A stretch of DNA of 64,000 nucleotides from Candidatus Omnitrophota bacterium (GTDB taxonomy: Bacteria; Omnitrophota; Gorgyraeia; Gygaellales; Profunditerraquicolaceae): assembly GCA_028718225.1 (NCBI GenBank), contig JAQUMI010000002.1:16-64015 (forward strand). Direction: 5' to 3'. Below, piece after piece: positions 44,644 to 52,210 of the stretch. The translations under genes and the position numbers were made by a program. The stretch's first letter is position 1, and each line of letters begins with the position of its first letter. The notes beneath the pieces are model-generated. The model did no database searches and was not told where the DNA came from. It saw only the letters and a program-made list of their open reading frames with translations.

Positions 44644-44716
44644 GCCGGCGTAGCTCAGTTGGTAGAGCGTCTGTTTTGTAAACAGATGGTCGGGGGTTCG
44701 ATTCCTCTCGCCGGCT
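44644..44716 (+). tRNA. tRNA-Thr (anticodon UGU)
   Basis: Hand-folded cloverleaf with acceptor GCCGGCG/CGCCGGC, anticodon arm TCTGT-TTTGTAA-ACAGA and T-loop TTCGATT. 73 nt, no encoded CCA. Starts 1 nt after the nnrD stop. Confidence 0.9.
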
Positions 44717-44733
44717 TTTAAAGGTAAATGAAC

Positions 44734-44816
44734 GGGTAGGTACCCAAGTGGCCAAAGGGGGCAGACTGTAAATCTGCTGCACTTGTGCTTCAGAGGTTCG
44801 AATCCTCTCCTGCCCA
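44734..44816 (+). tRNA. tRNA-Tyr (anticodon GUA), long variable arm
   Basis: Acceptor GGGTAGG/CCTGCCC (one G-U pair), anticodon arm GCAGA-CTGTAAA-TCTGC, T-loop TTCGAAT. 83 nt. Confidence 0.88.
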
Positions 44817-44905
44817 ATTAAATTTTCCGGCAAGGAAAATTAAATAACACTGAGTGAGCATTGCGAGGCGACAAGCCGAGCAGCGAAGGAAGTGCCTAGA
44901 GCGAT

Positions 44906-44976
44906 GCGGGAGTAGTTCAGTGGTAGAACAATAGCCTTCCAAGCTATATATGGGGGTTCGATTCCCCTCTCCCGCT
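44906..44976 (+). tRNA. tRNA-Gly (anticodon UCC)
   Basis: Acceptor GCGGGAG/CTCCCGC, anticodon arm ATAGC-CTTCCAA-GCTAT, T-loop TTCGATT. 71 nt. Confidence 0.9.
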
Positions 44977-45008
44977 TTAAAAAAAGAAAGGACAGCGAGA
45001 AGATTCAT

Positions 45009-45758
45009 ATGAGCGAAGAATTATTAAAACCGGTTTTTGTGGACGCCTTTGATCTGGATGATGCCTGGTTTCAATGCCTCTCCGAAATACTTGAGCACGG
45101 CCATGTCTATACCATAACCAGGGGCAGTTATGAAGGTCAGAAGCGCCTGGAGTTTGATTTTGCGGCTGTGCGGGTAAAAAAACCCGGCCACCAGATCATT
45201 CCGATAATCCCAGAAGGAATGTCTATTCCGGCACCTACGGATATGGATTATATCCAAGGGTATTTAAGCTACCTGCTTACCGGCGCCAAGACCGAAACCG
45301 AAGATTATACTTATGGTGAAAGGCTGGTTGACCCTAAGGTCAGGCTTAAGCAAAATATAGACGGCAAAGATATGACCAAAGAGTTACCGCTTGATGTCAA
45401 CCAGATAGAAGAGGTAATTAAACTTTATAAAGAGAAAGGTTTCGGGACAAACCAGGCAGTGATGGAAATCGGTATGCCTTCAGATATAAAATTAATTGAT
45501 CCGCCCTGCCTTAGGCTTATTGATACCAGGGTGCGTTATGGTAAACTGCATTTTATTTTATATTTTCGCTCCTGGGACCTTTGGGGAGGTTTCCCTTCCA
45601 ATCTCGGAGGTCTGCAGTTAGTTAAACAATATATGGCCGAAGAAATTGGGGTAGATGACGGCGAAATCATCGCCGTAAGCAAAGGTTTGCATCTTTATGA
45701 TTATGCCTGGGATTTGGCTAAACTGAGGACCAATAAACTTAACCTGGCTATCAAATAA
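45009..45758 (+). CDS. Thymidylate synthase-fold enzyme, divergent (methanogen/archaeal-type ThyA-like)
   Basis: 249 aa. DPPCLRLIDTRVRYGKLHFILYFRSWDLWGGFPSNLGGLQL...GLHLYDY aligns with ThyA LPPCH...GKL...YQRSxDxxLGxPFNI...HLY, including the catalytic Cys, the Arg-Ser, the Asp, the Asn and His/Tyr. Confidence 0.7.
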   Translation: MSEELLKPVFVDAFDLDDAWFQCLSEILEHGHVYTITRGSYEGQKRLEFDFAAVRVKKPGHQIIPIIPEGMSIPAPTDMDYIQGYLSYLLTGAKTETEDYTYGERLVDPKVRLKQNIDGKDMTKELPLDVNQIEEVIKLYKEKGFGTNQAVMEIGMPSDIKLIDPPCLRLIDTRVRYGKLHFILYFRSWDLWGGFPSNLGGLQLVKQYMAEEIGVDDGEIIAVSKGLHLYDYAWDLAKLRTNKLNLAIK

Positions 45759-45759
45759 T

Positions 45760-46143
45760 ATGGAAAATATACCCGGACCCGAAGAGCGCAGAGAATCCGC
45801 CAGGTTTGACTATGCTACTCCTTTAGCTTATAAGGTATGTAAAAAAGAAACTCTGAGCAAATTACTTACAGGCTATACTTCTAATATCAGTACTGCGGGA
45901 CTTCTTTGTAATTTCCGGGAAACAGTCAATCCGGAAGATGTACTTTGGCTTTCTTTTGATCGGGGGGTATTAAGCGTCTGCGCAGAGCTGGAAAAGAGGG
46001 TTTTTATCTATCAAAACGGCATCATCGGCAAGGTAGTCCGGGTTGAGCCAAAGGGTTATGATAATTATGATGTAGGGATAAAGTTTCTTACTCGCGAAGA
46101 GCAAAATTTTGTTAAACAGTCCTTAGGAGAAGATGAAAAATAA
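45760..46143 (+). CDS. Stand-alone PilZ domain protein (c-di-GMP receptor), copy 1
   Basis: 127 aa with RRESAR (RRxxxR) and NISTAG ([D/N]xSxxG). Confidence 0.8.
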   Translation: MENIPGPEERRESARFDYATPLAYKVCKKETLSKLLTGYTSNISTAGLLCNFRETVNPEDVLWLSFDRGVLSVCAELEKRVFIYQNGIIGKVVRVEPKGYDNYDVGIKFLTREEQNFVKQSLGEDEK

Positions 46144-47155
46144 ACCGGATATAGTTATTTTGGGCGACGGGGGATGGGGCACGACCTTAAGCGTGCTTCT
46201 TGCGCGTAAAGGATTCTCGGTGACTATCTGGGGGGCCTTTGCCGAAAATATTGCCTATATGGATAAAAAGAGGGAAAACAAAAAATTCCTGCCCGGAATT
46301 AAAATACCTAAAGAAATAACTTTAACCAGCAACCTAAAGGGAGCTCTGCAAAATAAAGACCTGGTAGTTTTAGCGGTCCCTTCGCAATATATGCGTTCAG
46401 TTCTAAGGAAGGCCTCTAAGCTGGATTATCCGCGTCAGGCAATATATTTAAGCGTGACCAAGGGGATAGAAATGGGCACGTTAAAGCGGGTCTCCGAGGT
46501 AATCCAAACTGAACTGGGCGCTGTAAAATTAGCGGTGCTTTCCGGGCCGACTATCGCCCACGAAGTTGCCAAAGGAACGCCTACGGTTGCGGTAGTTGCT
46601 TCGCCTGACCGAAAAACAAACAAATTTTTGCAGGATATTTTCATGACGGGCAGGTTCAGGATATATACTAACACGGATGTTGTCGGCGTAGAGTTAGGGG
46701 GAAGCCTGAAAAATATCATTGCTATTGCCTGCGGGATCTCTGACGGTCTGGGTTTCGGAGCAAATACTAAAGCTGCGATCCTGGCGCGCGGCTTAGCTGA
46801 GATTTCCAGGTTAGGCGCTGCTATGGGCGCCGGAAGCAGGACTTTTAGCGGAATAAGCGGTTTAGGCGATTTAGTGACCACTTGTATCAGCCCGCTCAGC
46901 AGAAACAGGTTCCTCGGGGAAGAAATTGGCAAAGGCAAAACCTTAAAACAGATCTATGCTGAAATGCAAACCCCTGCCTGCCGGCAGGCAGGGGTTGCCG
47001 AGGGGGTACCCACAGCAAAATCTGCCTATGGTTTAAGTTTAAAGTATAGAGTAGATATGCCCATCACCAGGGAAGTCTATAACGTACTTTATAAAAATAA
47101 GCCCGCGCTTAAGGCATTTAAAGATTTGATGGCTCGGGAAAAAAAAGAAGAGTAG
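46133..47155 (+). CDS. gpsA: NAD(P)H-dependent glycerol-3-phosphate dehydrogenase
   Basis: 340 aa with GDGGWGT, GPTIAHEVA, LKNIIAIACG and VAEGVPTAKS. Contains a 7-aa insertion encoded by a palindrome. Confidence 0.93.
   Translation: MKNKPDIVILGDGGWGTTLSVLLARKGFSVTIWGAFAENIAYMDKKRENKKFLPGIKIPKEITLTSNLKGALQNKDLVVLAVPSQYMRSVLRKASKLDYPRQAIYLSVTKGIEMGTLKRVSEVIQTELGAVKLAVLSGPTIAHEVAKGTPTVAVVASPDRKTNKFLQDIFMTGRFRIYTNTDVVGVELGGSLKNIIAIACGISDGLGFGANTKAAILARGLAEISRLGAAMGAGSRTFSGISGLGDLVTTCISPLSRNRFLGEEIGKGKTLKQIYAEMQTPACRQAGVAEGVPTAKSAYGLSLKYRVDMPITREVYNVLYKNKPALKAFKDLMAREKKEE
46969..46996. repeat. 28-bp perfect GC-rich palindrome inside gpsA
   Basis: AACCCCTGCCTGCC|GGCAGGCAGGGGTT is an exact reverse complement about its centre. 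It is in frame and encodes part of QTPACRQAGV. Confidence 0.95.
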
Positions 47156-47162
47156 AATAATA

Positions 47163-47237
47163 CGGGGCGTGGCTCAGTTTGGCTAGAGCGCTTGAATGGG
47201 GTTCAAGAGGTCACAGGTTCAAGTCCTGTCGCCCCGA
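47163..47237 (+). tRNA. tRNA-Pro (anticodon GGG)
   Basis: Acceptor CGGGGCG/CGCCCCG, anticodon arm CTTGA-ATGGGGT-TCAAG, T-loop TTCAAGT. 75 nt, lying 7 nt after the gpsA stop. Confidence 0.88.
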
Positions 47238-47248
47238 ATAAATTTGGC

Positions 47249-47650
47249 ATGGAAGATAAAAACAACAAACAGGAAAAAAGAAGCGTCAAACGCATCCAAA
47301 AGTCGCTGATTATTCAATTTTCAGTTGACTCCGGTGACCCCCTGACCCGGAAGTGGGATGTTTCTTCCATAAGGGATATCAGCGAGAAAGGCGTGAGTTT
47401 CCTGGCCAGCGGGAAAATTGCTTTAGGAGACCTCCTGCAAATGCTTATCAAAATACCACTTAGGCCTTTTGAATGGTTTGAAGTCAGCGGTAAAGTAGTA
47501 GCTAGGGAAGAACCCAAAATAAAAAGAGAGGATAACGATTTTAATGTTTCTGTCGTGAGGGTGATTTTTACAGACTTAAAAGAAGAGCAAAAAATGTTGA
47601 TCCGAGAATATATTGCCTGGTGCTTGTTAAAAGACGGAGGTAAAAAATGA
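47249..47650 (+). CDS. Stand-alone PilZ domain protein, copy 2
   Basis: The track ORF (TTG 47192) runs through tRNA-Pro. I prefer ATG 47249 (MEDKNNKQEKRSVKR...). It carries KRSVKR (RxxxR) and DISEKG (DxSxxG). Confidence 0.75.
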   Translation: MEDKNNKQEKRSVKRIQKSLIIQFSVDSGDPLTRKWDVSSIRDISEKGVSFLASGKIALGDLLQMLIKIPLRPFEWFEVSGKVVAREEPKIKREDNDFNVSVVRVIFTDLKEEQKMLIREYIAWCLLKDGGKK

Positions 47651-48009
47651 GTTATGCCGGCCCGGAAAGAAGGAGCCATCCCAGGGTCATGGGGCGTTTT
47701 ATCGTATCTTACCGCATAATGAATGAAATTGATAGTATGGATATAAGCCAGACCAAAAATATCAGTATGGGCGGGATGCTCCTGACTACTAACAGGAATT
47801 TTGAGCCCGGAGTAAATCTTGCGCTGGAGATCAGGCTTCCTTTTGATCCGCACCCCATCATGCTTATCGGTAAAGTCCTGGAATCCCGCGAAATAATGCA
47901 GGATATGATTTACGATACGCGGATCGAATTCCTGGCGGTTGATGAAAAACATAAAAAAATCATCGGTGAAACCGTAGGTTACTACGTAAAGAAAGAAAAG
48001 GACGAATAA
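47647..48009 (+). CDS. Stand-alone PilZ domain protein, copy 3
   Basis: 120 aa with RRSHPR (RRxxxR) and NISMGG (NxSxxG). ATGA overlap with copy 2 and TAATG overlap with hom. Confidence 0.8.
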   Translation: MSYAGPERRSHPRVMGRFIVSYRIMNEIDSMDISQTKNISMGGMLLTTNRNFEPGVNLALEIRLPFDPHPIMLIGKVLESREIMQDMIYDTRIEFLAVDEKHKKIIGETVGYYVKKEKDE

Positions 48010-49304
48010 TGAAAAGAATTAATGCGGGTTTAATCGGGTTTGGTAATGTCGGTTCGGGGATAATAAAGATCCTGCGGGACAGGAAAGCATTGCTCAGTGA
48101 AAAAACCGGCCTGGAAATAAACGTCAAAAGAGTTTGCGATCAGGATATCGTTTCCAAGCGCAATGTCAGCTTAGACAAAGCGATGCTTACCCGGGATGCC
48201 CGGGGACTCCTTAATGACCCGCAGATAGATATTTTAATTGAATTGATCGGAGGCATACACCCGGCCAAGGAGTTTATCATTGAAGCCTTAAAGAAAGGAA
48301 AACATGTCGTTACCGCCAATAAGGCGCTTCTTGCGCTGCACGGGCAAGAATTATTTACCGAGGCAGCTGACCGGGGCAAGAGTATTTATTTTGAGGCATC
48401 TGTCGGCGCAGGCATACCAATTATCAAATCTTTACGCGAAGGATTAGTCGCTAACAGGTTTAACGGTATTTTAGGCATTGTCAACGGGACCTCCAACTAT
48501 ATTTTATCCTCGATGTCTAAAAATAATTGTAGTTTTCAGGAGGCCCTTAAGGAAGCCCGGGCAAAGGGTTTTGCGGAAAAAGACCCGACTCTGGATATAG
48601 AAGGGATGGATTCGGCCCATAAATTAATCCTGCTTACTTATCTGGCGTTTGGCAGGTTTGTGGAATTAAAAGACGTATTTATCGAAGGGATTTCGCGTAT
48701 TTCCCTGGCGGACGTGAATTATGCCAAGGAAATGGGTTTTGAAATAAAGTTACTGGCTATCGCTAAAAAAGAAGGTTCGGATTTAGAAATAAGAGTGCAC
48801 CCCACGCTTGTCCCCCAGGATCATCTATTGTCTTCAGTTGACGGCGTGTTCAATGCTATTTATGTTTCCACTGATTTGGCGGGGAATTTGTTGTTCTACG
48901 GTCCGGGTGCTGGACAGTCATCCGCAGCTTCGGCTGTAGTTTCGGATTTAGTAGATTTGACCCAGGATATTAAGGCCGGTTTCTTCCGGCCTACCTTAAA
49001 AATCGTAGCGGATAAGACCGTCAAAAAGATACGCAAGATCGATGATTTTGAAAGCCGCTATTATATCCGCTTTATGGCGCGGGACTTATCGGGCGTGCTG
49101 GCCAGGATATCCGGCGTATTGGCTAAATTCGGTATCAGTATTGCCTCGGTTACCCAGAAAGAGCGCAGCAAAACCCAGCTTGTCCCGATAGTCATGCTCA
49201 TACATGAAGCCAGGGAGAAGAACATGCGCGATGCTTTAAGTATAATCGACCGGTTGGAAGCAATAAAAGAAAAATCCGTAGCCATCAGGATGGAGGAAGC
49301 GTGA
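48009..49304 (+). CDS. hom: Homoserine dehydrogenase (with a C-terminal ACT domain)
   Basis: 431 aa with [15 protein letters not shown] and [11 protein letters not shown]-like ([11 protein letters not shown]). Confidence 0.93.
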   Translation: MKRINAGLIGFGNVGSGIIKILRDRKALLSEKTGLEINVKRVCDQDIVSKRNVSLDKAMLTRDARGLLNDPQIDILIELIGGIHPAKEFIIEALKKGKHVVTANKALLALHGQELFTEAADRGKSIYFEASVGAGIPIIKSLREGLVANRFNGILGIVNGTSNYILSSMSKNNCSFQEALKEARAKGFAEKDPTLDIEGMDSAHKLILLTYLAFGRFVELKDVFIEGISRISLADVNYAKEMGFEIKLLAIAKKEGSDLEIRVHPTLVPQDHLLSSVDGVFNAIYVSTDLAGNLLFYGPGAGQSSAASAVVSDLVDLTQDIKAGFFRPTLKIVADKTVKKIRKIDDFESRYYIRFMARDLSGVLARISGVLAKFGISIASVTQKERSKTQLVPIVMLIHEAREKNMRDALSIIDRLEAIKEKSVAIRMEEA

Positions 49305-50362
49305 AATACCAGGGGATAATTGACAGATATAGAAAGCATCTTCCGGTTACAGAGAAAACACCGGTAATCACCCTAAACGAAGGGAATACTCCTTTAATTT
49401 ATTCCGGGCATTTAAGCAGGCTTTTAGGAAACGGCTTTGAAGTTTATCTAAAATATGAGGGCCTTAATCCTACCGGGTCTTTTAAGGACAGGGGTATGAC
49501 TATGGCTATATCCAAAGCCTGCGAGGAAGGCTCAAGCGCGGTAATCTGCGCTTCAACCGGAAATACTTCTGCTTCGGCAGCTGCCTATGCCGCCAAGGCA
49601 GGCATCAGATGTATTGTGCTTATACCCAGCGGGGCGGTTGCTTTAGGTAAATTAAGCCAGGCGTTGATACACGGCGCGCAGGTTTTAGCGGTAAAAGGAA
49701 ATTTTGACGACGCTTTGAATTTAGTGCGGGAGATTACTGCTCGATACCCGATCACTCTGGTAAACTCACTTAATCCTTACCGTATTGAAGGCCAGAAAAC
49801 CGCGAGTTTTGAAATTTGCGATTTTTTAGGCGAACCCCCGGACTTACAAATTATGCCCGTAGGTAATGCCGGTAATATTACCGCGTACTGGAAAGGATAT
49901 AAAGAATACTATAAAGCGGGTATATCTAAAAAATTACCGAAGATGCTGGGCTTTCAAGCTCAGGGCGCTGCCCCCATTGTCAGGGGCCATCCGATAAAAA
50001 ACCCCGAAACGCTCGCTACCGCTATCCGTATCGGTAATCCGGCGAGTTGGAAACAAGCGGAAGAAGCCAGAGATGAATCCGGCGGCCTGATTGATATGGT
50101 TTCGGATGATGAAATCCTGCAGGCTTATAAAATGCTGGCTGCCGGCGATGGAGTATTCGTTGAACCGGCCTCGGCGGCATCGATTGCCGGATTAATCAAA
50201 CTCAATAAAAACGGTTACTTTGAAAACACGGGGCCGGTAAAAATAACCTGCATATTAACCGGGCACGGATTAAAAGACCCGGACAGGGCAATAAAAAGTA
50301 TAAAAAAGCCAAAATTAATCAAGCCTGAGATAAGGGCTTTACTCAAAGAGATTGGCTACTAA
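49301..50362 (+). CDS. thrC: Threonine synthase
   Basis: 353 aa with a GTG start overlapping the hom stop. The PLP-lysine context is [10 protein letters not shown]. Confidence 0.92.
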   Translation: MKYQGIIDRYRKHLPVTEKTPVITLNEGNTPLIYSGHLSRLLGNGFEVYLKYEGLNPTGSFKDRGMTMAISKACEEGSSAVICASTGNTSASAAAYAAKAGIRCIVLIPSGAVALGKLSQALIHGAQVLAVKGNFDDALNLVREITARYPITLVNSLNPYRIEGQKTASFEICDFLGEPPDLQIMPVGNAGNITAYWKGYKEYYKAGISKKLPKMLGFQAQGAAPIVRGHPIKNPETLATAIRIGNPASWKQAEEARDESGGLIDMVSDDEILQAYKMLAAGDGVFVEPASAASIAGLIKLNKNGYFENTGPVKITCILTGHGLKDPDRAIKSIKKPKLIKPEIRALLKEIGY

Positions 50363-50987
50363 CCTAAGCGGCAAAAGAGTTTTAATCACAGCCGGGCCGA
50401 CCTGGGTCCCTTTAGACGGAGCCAGGGTAATCAGTAACACCGCCAGCGGCGAAACCGGTACTTTATTAGCACAAACATTGGCGCAGAAGGGCGCCAGGGT
50501 TACGCTTCTGCTTGGGCCGGTCAAGGCCGGTTATAAAAATAATTCAGTAAGGGTTATAAATTTTAAATTCTTTAACGAGCTGCGCTCTTTGTTAAAAAAT
50601 GAGCTTGAGAAAAAACGCTATGCTATCATAATCCATTCTGCCGCGGTTGCGGATTATGCGCCAAGCGGCCCGGACCAACGCGGTAAGATAAGCTCCGGGC
50701 TTAAGGCCTTAAGGCTGAATCTTAAGCCCACCCCTAAAATAATTGATTCTCTGCGTAAGACAAACCCGGATTCTTTTTTAATCGGATTTAAGTTTGAGCC
50801 GGACCTAGAAAGAGATGAGCTAATCGGGAGAGCAAACCGCCTGTTAAAGAGAGCCGGTTTAGATTTGGTAGTAGCTAACAGCCTGTGCAAAAAAAAATAT
50901 ACCGCCTATTTGATAGGCGCGAAAAAACATTCTGGCCCATTTTTCTCCAAAAAAAGTATGGTTAACAACCTGGTCAGGCTAATATGA
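50352..50987 (+). CDS. coaB: Stand-alone CoaB-like protein (phosphopantothenate--cysteine ligase family, no CoaC domain)
   Basis: 211 aa with a TTG start. [36 protein letters not shown] and LVVANS align with the E. coli Dfp CoaB half. SSGKMG is replaced by ASGETG. Confidence 0.6.
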   Translation: MATNLSGKRVLITAGPTWVPLDGARVISNTASGETGTLLAQTLAQKGARVTLLLGPVKAGYKNNSVRVINFKFFNELRSLLKNELEKKRYAIIIHSAAVADYAPSGPDQRGKISSGLKALRLNLKPTPKIIDSLRKTNPDSFLIGFKFEPDLERDELIGRANRLLKRAGLDLVVANSLCKKKYTAYLIGAKKHSGPFFSKKSMVNNLVRLI

Positions 50988-52186
50988 AATACATTGTTTT
51001 AGTTTGCGACGGAATGAGTGACTATCCCCTTCAGGAATTAGGTGAACGCACGCCCCTGGAGGCGGCAAAAACCCCAAACCTGGATTTCATTGCCAGGCAC
51101 GGCAGGCTGGGCCGGGTAAGGACCGTACCTGCTGGCTTTATTCCGGGTTCAGACGTAGCCCAAATGAGTATTTTTGGCTATGATCCTAAAAAATATTACA
51201 GCGGCAGAGGGCCGCTGGAGGCTGCCAACCTGGGCGTAGAACTGGAAGACGACGATGTGGCTTTTCGCTGTAACCTCGTGACTGCTTTTGCGGACACGCT
51301 TACGGATTACAGCGCCGGGCATATCAGCACGAAAGAAGCGACAATCCTGGTTAAGTTTATTGACCAGCATTTAGGGACCAACCGCATTAAATTTTATCCC
51401 GGCGTAAGCTACCGGCACCTGATGGTAATTAAGCGCGGCGCGGAAGAACACCTTGAGGCTCTCCGCTGCCTGGCACCGCATGATATCACAGGCAAAAATA
51501 TTGCCAAAAACTTACCTAAAGGGGACGGTGCGGATATCCTGATCAAGCTCATGGAAGAATCGCGTAATATTTTAGTCAAACATGAAATAAACCTGGTCCG
51601 CATTGACTTAAAAGAAAATCCGGCAAATATGATTTGGCTCTGGGGCCAGGGGAAAAAACCGGCGATGCCGAAATTCAATGATAAGTATAATTTAACCGGC
51701 AGCGTTATTTCGGCCGTAGACCTAATTAAAGGTCTAGGCAGGCTCCTGGGTCTGGAAGTCATTAATGTCCCCGGGGCAACGGGTTATTACGACACTGACT
51801 ATAAAGCAAAAGCCCGGGCTGCGGTAAAGTTACTGGAAAAGGATGATTTTGTATTCGTGCATGTTGAAGCGGCTGATGAGGCAGGTCACAATGGGGATCT
51901 AAGGGAAAAAATTATCGCCATTGAAAGATTTGACCAGCTGGTCTTAGGCACTATATTAAAAGCGTTTAAGGGAAAACGTAATTTAAGGATTCTAGTCCTG
52001 CCGGACCATGCTACTCCGGTTGCGCTCAAGACCCATACCGCCGACCCCGTGCCTTTCGGCATATTCGGACAGGATATTATTGCCAGAGGATTTTTAAATT
52101 ACAGCGAAAAAGAAGCCCAAAAATCCGATCTTTACTTTGATCAAGGCTATGAGTTAATGGATTATTTCATCAAAGACACGGGTTAA
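50984..52186 (+). CDS. Archaeal-type cofactor-independent phosphoglycerate mutase family protein (ApgM-like; candidate non-orthologous homoserine kinase)
   Basis: 400 aa with [15 protein letters not shown] and FVHVEAADEAGHNGD, metal-site motifs of the alkaline-phosphatase superfamily. ATGA-coupled to the CoaB-like gene within the thr operon. Confidence 0.7.
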   Translation: MKYIVLVCDGMSDYPLQELGERTPLEAAKTPNLDFIARHGRLGRVRTVPAGFIPGSDVAQMSIFGYDPKKYYSGRGPLEAANLGVELEDDDVAFRCNLVTAFADTLTDYSAGHISTKEATILVKFIDQHLGTNRIKFYPGVSYRHLMVIKRGAEEHLEALRCLAPHDITGKNIAKNLPKGDGADILIKLMEESRNILVKHEINLVRIDLKENPANMIWLWGQGKKPAMPKFNDKYNLTGSVISAVDLIKGLGRLLGLEVINVPGATGYYDTDYKAKARAAVKLLEKDDFVFVHVEAADEAGHNGDLREKIIAIERFDQLVLGTILKAFKGKRNLRILVLPDHATPVALKTHTADPVPFGIFGQDIIARGFLNYSEKEAQKSDLYFDQGYELMDYFIKDTG

Positions 52187-52210
52187 TTTTTTTAAGGAGA
52201 GAAATAAAAA

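Noticed and set aside
44602-45008. Three minus-strand ORFs (44602-44817, 44639-44833, 44790-45008) in the tRNA region.
   Set aside because: They are read through the complements of tRNA-Thr, tRNA-Tyr and tRNA-Gly. The tRNA cloverleaves explain the sequence, and the ORFs are artefacts.
44977-48009. A possible tRNA-associated genomic island: tRNA-Gly followed by unusual genes (ThyA-like, PilZ).
   Set aside because: There is no integrase or recombinase, no direct repeat of the tRNA 3' end that I could find, no obvious compositional break, and the genes are tightly coupled to core genes (gpsA, hom).
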